Origin: a virus | DNA: 5,325 bases | UHGV virus genome: UHGV-0238030 | Direction: 5' to 3' (one strand) | Shown here: positions 1 to 4,927 of the stretch, piece after piece | Layout: each line of letters starts with the position of its first letter | Numbering within the stretch: position 1 is the stretch's first letter | Notes under the pieces: generated by a model | Seen by the model: the letters and a program-made list of their open reading frames with translations, nothing else | What the model was told of the DNA's origin: nothing | The model's database searches: none | Program-made: the position numbers and the translations under genes

Positions 1-29
1 ATAATACGCCGTCTCCATCCGCCGAATAG
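1..29 (+). CDS. VP3: 3' end of VP3 internal scaffolding protein (continues from 4911-5325 across the circular junction)
   Basis: The ORF from ATG 4911 reaches 5325 with one base left over (A). Joined to position 1 it reads AAT AAT ACG CCG TCT CCA TCC GCC GAA TAG (NNTPSPSAE*, stop 27-29), giving 147 aa, a typical VP3 size. Confidence 0.8.
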
Positions 30-56
30 GCATTTTATCGATAAATGTCACTTTTT
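29..56 (+). terminator. Possible weak intrinsic terminator after VP3
   Basis: GGCATTT (29-35) pairs with AAATGTC (43-49, one G-U) and is followed by ACTTTTT. It begins at the VP3 stop codon. The stem is AT-rich. Confidence 0.35.
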
Positions 57-102
57 ATCAAAAAAGCCCAGGACCCGCATGGGTATCACATTTGTCCCTG
101 GG

Positions 103-136
103 GTCGCGCCAGTTTACTTGATGTAACTGGCGCGAC
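103..136 (+). other. Putative viral-strand replication origin hairpin (Rep nick site)
   Basis: Perfect 12-bp stem GTCGCGCCAGTT (103-114) / AACTGGCGCGAC (125-136) with loop TACTTGATGT. The loop contains ACTTGAT, the core of the phiX174 gene A nick site CAACTTG^ATA. It lies in the VP3-VP1 non-coding region. Confidence 0.75.
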
Positions 137-137
137 T

Positions 138-160
138 GACACCAATGTTATATTGGTGTC
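138..160. repeat. Second hairpin adjacent to the origin
   Basis: Perfect 9-bp inverted repeat GACACCAAT (138-146) / ATTGGTGTC (152-160) with a 5-nt loop, 1 nt after the origin hairpin. Confidence 0.7.
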
Positions 161-190
161 TTAAATATAGATGTTAGGAGATGCATAAAA

Positions 191-1876
191 ATGTCAAAAC
201 GAGCTACTCAACACAATTTTGCGATGGCACCGCAAAACCAGATACCGCGCTCTAGTTTTAAGCGGTCCCATACCGTTAAAACAACGTTAGACGCAGGTCG
301 CTTAGTACCATTTTATATTGACGAGGTGTATCCTGGCGATACGTTTAATTGTAAGGCCACTTTGTTTGGCCGCATGGCTACGCCGATTGTCCCAGCAATG
401 GATAACGCCTATATGGATACGTTTTTTTTCTTTGTCCCGTATCGCTTGTTGTGGAAAAATTGGCGCGAATTTAATGGCGAAAACCCTCTTGCAGGTTACC
501 AGACTAACTCGTTTGAGGTGCCTCAGATGACAGCCACAAATGCACAAGTGCAAACTTTATGGGATTATTTTGGTTTTCCTACGGACGTTAAAAATAAATT
601 GTCTGTAAGTGCGTTCCCTTTCCGCGCCTATTGGCGAGTTTACAATGATTGGTTTAGAGACGAAAACCTGCAAAATGCTGTATCTATCAATACTGGTAAT
701 CCGTTATCTAGTACGTCTACTTACGATGACGCCTATGGTGGCGACTCCACGCAAGACGCTACAACTGCTCAATGTTTTTATCGTGGTAAACGTCATGATT
801 ACTTTACATCTGCCCTCCCCTGGCCCCAGAAAGGCCCAGGCGTGGAATTGCCGCTTGGTGCTACTGCCAAAGTTACTGGTAGTATCCCTATCAGCGACCT
901 AAATATTAGTGGTACTGTGACCAAAACTTCCGGCTCGCCGGTTGGTGTTTCCTTGCAGACTACTTGGCAAGGTCAACAAATTGAAAATGGTGTACGTAAT
1001 TGGTCTATTGATTTAGGCCGGCCATTTATAACAGGTAGTGGTAATAATTTACAAGTTACTGGTTTGGGCCATGCAGATGCTAGTAAAGCAACGGTTGACT
1101 TATCAAGTGCTACAGCGATTACAATTAATTCGCTGCGCAGCGCGTTTGCGCTGCAGCGTTTTTACGAAAAGGACGCGCGCGGCGGTACCCGCTATACCGA
1201 GATTATCCGCAGCCATTTTGGTGTCATATCTCCGGATGCACGCTTGCAGCGCAGCGAGTATCTTGGTGGCGACTCCACCCCGATTATGTTTAATCCGGTG
1301 CAGCAAACCTCGTCGACCGATACGACTACTCCGCAAGGTAATCTGTCTGCTTATGCGCTAATGTCTACTAGAGTGCATGGGTTTAATAAGTCGTTTACCG
1401 AGCATGGCATTGTTATTGGCTTATGCAATATCCGCACGGATTTAAGTTATCAACAAGGTATCAACAAGACGTGGCTGCGTAAAACACGTGAGGAGTTTTA
1501 TTGGCCGACGTTTGCCCATCTCGGCGAGCAAGCCGTGCTTAACAAAGAGATTTATGCGCAAGGTACTGCCGATGATGACAAGGTATTTGGTTATCAAGAG
1601 CGTTACGCCGAGTGCCGGTATCATCCGTCTATTATTACTGGCAAGATGCGCAGCACTTATGCCCAATCTGTGGATGTTTGGCATTTTGCGCAAAAATTTA
1701 GTGCCCTGCCTGCGCTTAACGGCGAGTTTATCCAGGACCAAGCAAGTTATCAGGCTATCAAGCGTATCTCCGCTGTGCAGTCTGAGCCGCAATTTTACTT
1801 GGACGCATATCTTGACTTAAAATGTGCCCGTCCAATGCCGGTTTATGGTGTCCCTGGTATGCTTGACCATTTTTAA
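191..1876 (+). CDS. VP1: Major capsid protein VP1 (Microviridae F-protein family, gokushovirus type)
   Basis: 561 aa with SD AGGAG at 176-180. Hallmark motifs: PRSSFKRSH, LVPFYIDEVYPGDTF, FFFFVPYRLLW, YNDWFRDENLQ, RGKRHDYFTSALPWPQKG, TINSLRSAFALQRFYEKDARGGTRYTE, FTEHG, FGYQERYAE, and C-terminal RPMPVYGVPGMLDHF. Confidence 0.98.
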   Translation: MSKRATQHNFAMAPQNQIPRSSFKRSHTVKTTLDAGRLVPFYIDEVYPGDTFNCKATLFGRMATPIVPAMDNAYMDTFFFFVPYRLLWKNWREFNGENPLAGYQTNSFEVPQMTATNAQVQTLWDYFGFPTDVKNKLSVSAFPFRAYWRVYNDWFRDENLQNAVSINTGNPLSSTSTYDDAYGGDSTQDATTAQCFYRGKRHDYFTSALPWPQKGPGVELPLGATAKVTGSIPISDLNISGTVTKTSGSPVGVSLQTTWQGQQIENGVRNWSIDLGRPFITGSGNNLQVTGLGHADASKATVDLSSATAITINSLRSAFALQRFYEKDARGGTRYTEIIRSHFGVISPDARLQRSEYLGGDSTPIMFNPVQQTSSTDTTTPQGNLSAYALMSTRVHGFNKSFTEHGIVIGLCNIRTDLSYQQGINKTWLRKTREEFYWPTFAHLGEQAVLNKEIYAQGTADDDKVFGYQERYAECRYHPSIITGKMRSTYAQSVDVWHFAQKFSALPALNGEFIQDQASYQAIKRISAVQSEPQFYLDAYLDLKCARPMPVYGVPGMLDHF

Positions 1877-1885
1877 CCATTTTTA
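1866..1885 (+). repeat. 10-bp tandem duplication at the VP1 stop
   Basis: ACCATTTTTA occurs at 1866-1875 and 1876-1885. Confidence 0.7.
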
Positions 1886-1905
1886 ATTTTAAGGAGTGAC
1901 GACAT

Positions 1906-2901
1906 ATGAGTTGGTTATCATCTATTGCCGGCGGTGCACTTGGTATTTGGTCTGCCAACAAATCTGCTAGTGCTCAGGCCGCTGTTAACCGTGAGCAAAT
2001 GGCGTACCAAGAGCGCATGAGTAATACGGCCCATCAGCGTGAGGTTGATGATTTGCGCAAAGCCGGTTTAAATCCTATATTGTCCGTTACTGGTGGTAAT
2101 GGTGCAAGCACCCCACAAGGTGCTAATGGTGCGTATACTGGTTATGGTGCAGATATATCTAATGGCGTAAACGCTATGACTAATATGTATAGTGCCAAGA
2201 CTAATCGTAAAGTGCAGCAGCAGCAAGAGCAAAATCTTGAGGCGCAAAACCTAAATCTTAGCGCAGACACGTATAAAAAAAATCAAGAGGGACGTGCTGC
2301 GTCGACCGAGGCAGATTATAAAGCGGTTATGCTGCAAGCGGAGCTTATGCAGCTCTTGGCTAATGCAAGTAGTCTGCAAGCTAATGCTAATTATACGTCT
2401 GGTGTTGGTACCGCTAAGGCGCAAGCCGATATTGATAAGGCTAACGCTGAGACGCGGTATATCTCCGGTCCGCAGACCGATGTCGCTAATGCTACGACGG
2501 CAAATCTTGGTGCCCAAACAAATCGTATTAATGCATTGCTGCCCCATGAGATTGCTAAGATTGATAGTGACATCGCAAAAAATGCGCATGAGATTTTACG
2601 TATTGATAGCGAGACCCAGTTAAACCAGATTAAGGGTCTCACGGAAAAATATGTGCAAGGCGAGTTGGATGCCCGGACGCTCGTTGAGTATCTACAGGCC
2701 AAAGGTCAGACCGAGGATAACGCAATTAAGTATGTTAATCGCGTGCGCAGCGAGATTGATTTAAAAAAATATCAAATTACAAATCGTTATTCCGGCGCGT
2801 CTCCACAAGGCTTGTATGAGATTGCGCAGCGTATCCTTGGTAACGCAAAAGGTCTCGTTGAGGCTAGTCCGCTTGGTATGATACCTGACATTTTTAAATA
2901 A
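1906..2901 (+). CDS. VP2: DNA pilot protein VP2 (H-like)
   Basis: 331 aa with SD TAAGGAG 9 nt upstream. Gly/Ala-rich hydrophobic N-terminus ([13 protein letters not shown]), conserved [25 protein letters not shown] motif, and an Ala/Gln/Asn-rich coiled-coil body. Located directly after VP1. Confidence 0.95.
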   Translation: MSWLSSIAGGALGIWSANKSASAQAAVNREQMAYQERMSNTAHQREVDDLRKAGLNPILSVTGGNGASTPQGANGAYTGYGADISNGVNAMTNMYSAKTNRKVQQQQEQNLEAQNLNLSADTYKKNQEGRAASTEADYKAVMLQAELMQLLANASSLQANANYTSGVGTAKAQADIDKANAETRYISGPQTDVANATTANLGAQTNRINALLPHEIAKIDSDIAKNAHEILRIDSETQLNQIKGLTEKYVQGELDARTLVEYLQAKGQTEDNAIKYVNRVRSEIDLKKYQITNRYSGASPQGLYEIAQRILGNAKGLVEASPLGMIPDIFK

Positions 2902-2907
2902 CAGCTC

Positions 2908-2929
2908 CGCGCGCAATAAAATGCGTGCG
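2908..2929 (+). terminator. GC-rich hairpin downstream of VP2 (possible terminator or pause)
   Basis: CGCGCGCA (2908-2915) / TGCGTGCG (2922-2929) forms 8 bp with one G-U, just after the VP2 stop. It lacks a clear U-tract. Confidence 0.4.
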
Positions 2930-2937
2930 ATGTTAAA

Positions 2938-2967
2938 AATCTATTGACAATCTATTGACAATCTATT
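2938..2967 (+). repeat. 11-bp tandem repeat (AATCTATTGAC x2 plus partial AATCTATT)
   Basis: Units at 2938-2948, 2949-2959 and a partial unit at 2960-2967. Confidence 0.9.
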
Positions 2968-2984
2968 AGTATGTATGTTAATAT
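2944..2984 (+). promoter_or_regulatory. Overlapping pair of sigma70/sigmaA-type promoters
   Basis: TTGACA (2944-2949) + 17 nt + TAGTAT (2967-2972). TTGACA (2955-2960) + 18 nt + TAATAT (2979-2984), preceded by an extended -10 TG (2976-2977). Confidence 0.7.
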
Positions 2985-2993
2985 ACTAATAGA
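2962..2993. promoter_or_regulatory. Perfect 11-bp inverted repeat over the -10 boxes (putative operator)
   Basis: TCTATTAGTAT (2962-2972) / ATACTAATAGA (2983-2993) with a 10-nt spacer. The right arm touches the SD GAGGTG (2992-2997). Confidence 0.6.
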
Positions 2994-3003
2994 GGTGGTG
3001 ATA

Positions 3004-3177
3004 TTGATTAAAAAAACGCGTAGTATTTATTGCACGGATAGTGAGTATAAGCGGCTTAAAATTGCATTATGCTTAATGCGGGTTTTTGACCCGTTGCCAA
3101 TGCCAATTGGTAATTTATCTGTCGAGCAACAAAGTAAGCTTTTTATGCAAATCATCAAAGGAGATGATAACAGTTAA
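3004..3177 (+). CDS. Small accessory protein, possibly a ribbon-helix-helix-like DNA-binding protein (57 aa)
   Basis: TTG at 3004 is 6 nt after SD GAGGTG; the ORF-track ATG at 2971 lies inside the promoter. The sequence MIKKTRSIYCTDSEYKRLKIALCLMR... shows a basic beta-strand followed by a TDxEY..LK helix. The CDS is likely but the function is tentative. Confidence 0.6.
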   Translation: MIKKTRSIYCTDSEYKRLKIALCLMRVFDPLPMPIGNLSVEQQSKLFMQIIKGDDNS

Positions 3178-3268
3178 TATTAGTACTCCGATTGCGTTGT
3201 TTTGTTGGCTTGTGCTTGGTGTTTTTGTCGTCTCGTTTGTAATTAGTGCATTTGATGTGTTTTTGTAA
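3164..3268 (+). CDS. Small single-pass membrane protein (~34 aa)
   Basis: MITVNISTPIALFCWLVLGVFVVSFVISAFDVFL has a ~21-residue hydrophobic run. It fills the gap between the preceding ORF (14-nt overlap) and VP8, and uses many T-ending codons like the core genes. The exact start is uncertain. Confidence 0.6.
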   Translation: MITVNISTPIALFCWLVLGVFVVSFVISAFDVFL

Positions 3269-3290
3269 ATTAAAAAAGGAGTTGATTTAT

Positions 3291-3407
3291 ATGGCAAAAC
3301 GTCGTAAGATGGCTAAAAAACAGTCGCGTAAAAACTTTAGACGTGGTATGACCGTTAATCCTAAAAATAATAAGCCAATCCCTATGCGTGGCGGTTTTAG
3401 GATGTAG
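3291..3407 (+). CDS. VP8: VP8 small basic DNA-binding/packaging protein (J-like), 38 aa
   Basis: Not in the ORF track because it is short. MAKRRKMAKKQSRKNFRRGMTVNPKNNKPIPMRGGFRM is K/R-rich with the typical gokushovirus C-terminal PMRGGxRx. SD AAAAGGAG lies 9 nt upstream. Confidence 0.92.
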   Translation: MAKRRKMAKKQSRKNFRRGMTVNPKNNKPIPMRGGFRM

Positions 3408-3449
3408 TAGATAGTCGTACGTCAGATATTTTGCTATGTACTAATTTTT
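3405..3449 (+). terminator. Possible weak terminator after VP8
   Basis: TAGTAGATAG (3405-3414) is complementary at 9/10 positions to CTATGTACTA (3434-3443), followed by ATTTTT. The loop is long (19 nt). Confidence 0.3.
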
Positions 3450-3477
3450 ATCCCTGTTAGCTCTGGAGGTGAGTCAA

Positions 3478-4395
3478 GTGCCATGCTATCATCCTATACC
3501 TATGTGGCATAGTAAAAACATAAACAAAGAGACTGGTAAACGGCCTTTGACTGCCAATTATGGTGATGCTTGGCGTCCCCTTGGTTGCCTCCCCCAGACA
3601 ATTTATGTCCCGTGTGGCCAATGTGTAGGTTGCCGGCTGGAGTATAGCCGGCAATGGGCCATGCGCTGCGTCCACGAGTTTGAGACTGCCGGCCGTGTCG
3701 GCAGTTTTATCACTCTTACGTATAACCCAGATAATCTCCCGCCCGATGGCAAGGTGCACAAAGAGCATGTGCAAAAGTTTTTTAAACGTTTGCGTAAAAA
3801 ATTTGGCAGTGGTATCCGCTTTTTTGCGTGTGGCGAGTACGGCCATAATTTTAAACGGCCGCACTATCATGCGATTATATTTGGTTTACAATTTCCTGAC
3901 CTAATAATACATACCGTTAAGCATGGTTATCAATACTACAGGAGTCCAATCCTCGAGAGACTTTGGCCCTATGGATTTAGCTTGGTCGGTAATGTCACAT
4001 TTGAGTCCGCAGCATATGTTGCGCGTTACGTTTTTAAAAAGCAAAAAGGTGATGACGTAGACGATAGTTTGCAGCCTTTTGTTTTGATGTCTCGCATGCC
4101 AGGACTTGGCCATGACTGGTATGATAAGTACAAAAATCAAATTTACCCCAATGACTTTATCGTCATTAGGGATGGTATCACTTGTAAGCCACCGCAGTAT
4201 TACGATAGTTTGCTGCAGCAAGATAATCCTGATTTGTATGAGCAAGTCAAGCAGGCTCGTCAAGACAAGTATCGTCGTGATGTGGATATGACCAGCGACG
4301 ATTATGCCGCCGCCGAAATCCAGGAGCGATTAAAAGCTAAAAAACTAATTAAGCTTGTACGCAGATTGCATGATGATATAGATGAGTATGAGTAA
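3478..4395 (+). CDS. VP4: Replication initiator VP4 (HUH rolling-circle endonuclease)
   Basis: GTG 3478 follows SD GGAGGTGA and gives the typical MPCYHP N-terminus. Motifs: PCGQCVGCRL, motif I FITLTY, GEYG, motif II RPHYH, motif III AAYVARYVFKK, and MSRMPGLG. Confidence 0.97.
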   Translation: MPCYHPIPMWHSKNINKETGKRPLTANYGDAWRPLGCLPQTIYVPCGQCVGCRLEYSRQWAMRCVHEFETAGRVGSFITLTYNPDNLPPDGKVHKEHVQKFFKRLRKKFGSGIRFFACGEYGHNFKRPHYHAIIFGLQFPDLIIHTVKHGYQYYRSPILERLWPYGFSLVGNVTFESAAYVARYVFKKQKGDDVDDSLQPFVLMSRMPGLGHDWYDKYKNQIYPNDFIVIRDGITCKPPQYYDSLLQQDNPDLYEQVKQARQDKYRRDVDMTSDDYAAAEIQERLKAKKLIKLVRRLHDDIDEYE

Positions 4396-4402
4396 ATATT
4401 GT

Positions 4403-4432
4403 TTGACGTTTTACCCCCATGTAAGGTACAAT
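4403..4432 (+). promoter_or_regulatory. sigma70/sigmaA-type promoter downstream of VP4
   Basis: TTGACG (4403-4408) + 18 nt + TACAAT (4427-4432), each 5/6 consensus. The predicted start is near 4439-4440, upstream of VP5-VP3. Confidence 0.65.
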
Positions 4433-4458
4433 TGTACTAGCGAGGGGGTATTTTTTTT
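4412..4458 (+). terminator. Intrinsic-terminator-like structure after VP4
   Basis: TACCCCC (4412-4418) / GGGGGTA (4444-4450) encloses the palindrome GTACAATTGTAC (4426-4437) and is immediately followed by T8 (4451-4458). Confidence 0.55.
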
Positions 4459-4583
4459 ATATTTTAAATTGTTTTATACACTAGCGTACTATTCTCATGT
4501 AACTAACTAACCAAGCAACCAATTTTTTTGTTTCCCCCCCCCCTCGCGGAAGGAGTTGACAAAACGCTATTTTTACACGTATT

Positions 4584-4787
4584 TTGACCGTTATTGTTAC
4601 CGCTGTTTTTGATTTTATCCTTAATATTTTAAAAGGAGTTGTACTTAAATGCTTAAAGTTTATAGTATCATGGATGACAAGGCACAAGTCTTTAATACGC
4701 CGTATTTTGCTATTAATGACTCCGTTGCTACTCGTAGCTTTGCTGATTTATGCAATGATAGCCGGAGTAGTGTTAGTCAACATTTAG
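4584..4787 (+). CDS. Hydrophobic ORF with two membrane-like segments, partly overprinted on VP5 (holin/lysis candidate)
   Basis: 67 aa from TTG; the frame is open from 4560. Segments are TVIVTAVFDFILNILKGVVL and ILLLMTPLLLVALLIYAMIAGVVLVNI, with a basic linker. An otherwise unassigned SD GGAAGGAG lies at 4548-4555. The non-overlapping 5' part shows the genome's T-ending codon bias. The start is uncertain. Confidence 0.5.
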   Translation: MTVIVTAVFDFILNILKGVVLKCLKFIVSWMTRHKSLIRRILLLMTPLLLVALLIYAMIAGVVLVNI

Positions 4788-4927
4788 GCGATTACCACTT
4801 GTATTGTCTCGGCGAGTTTGACGATGACAAGGGTTTACTTAAGCCGTATGATATGCCTATTTTTGTTTGCCATGCTATGCAGTTTGCAGTTGACGTAAGG
4901 AGTGATAGTGATGGAGATACGCTCTAG
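4649..4927 (+). CDS. VP5: Non-structural protein VP5
   Basis: 92 aa with SD AAAAGGAG 10 nt upstream. Typical pattern VYSIMDDKAQVFNTPYF...ATRSF..L...DYHLYCLGEFDDDKG, located between VP4 and VP3. Confidence 0.92.
   Translation: MLKVYSIMDDKAQVFNTPYFAINDSVATRSFADLCNDSRSSVSQHLGDYHLYCLGEFDDDKGLLKPYDMPIFVCHAMQFAVDVRSDSDGDTL

Noticed and set aside
422..433. Poly-T tract in VP1 as a slippage site or terminator
   Set aside because: It encodes the conserved FFFFVP capsid motif.
318..2623. Alternative-frame + strand ORFs inside VP1 and VP2 (318, 609, 1038, 1488, 2294), and similarly 3680, 4106 and 5059
   Set aside because: Their Leu/Ile/Met richness is expected from T-rich third positions of the main genes. 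I saw no convincing SD and no clean uninterrupted TM segment.
2909..2938. dif-like XerC/XerD site (GCGCGCAATAA-8 nt-CGATGTTAAAA), as used by integrating enterobacterial gokushoviruses
   Set aside because: The XerD-like arm matches 8/11 but lacks the inner TT, the XerC-like arm matches only about 5/11, and the spacer is 8 rather than 6 nt. The region is explained by the post-VP2 hairpin. It cannot be fully excluded without the host dif sequence.
2938..2967. CRISPR-like array
   Set aside because: The units are 11 bp and contiguous, with no spacers.
2971..3003. ATG 2971 as start of the accessory ORF
   Set aside because: It has no SD and lies within the predicted -10 region; TTG 3004 has a well-spaced GAGGTG.
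3469..3477. GTG 3469 as VP4 start
   Set aside because: It is part of the SD GGAGGTGA; GTG 3478 gives the conserved MPCYHP N-terminus.
4557..4559. TGA recoding (no called gene ends in TGA)
   Set aside because: No core gene contains an in-frame TGA, and reading through TGA 4557 reaches no upstream start before TAA 4500. The standard code suffices.
4556..4585. Additional promoter TTGACA (4556-4561) + 18 nt + TATTTT
   Set aside because: The -10 is weak, and the TTGA follows the same GGAGTTG SD context seen before VP8 and VP5. Evidence is insufficient.
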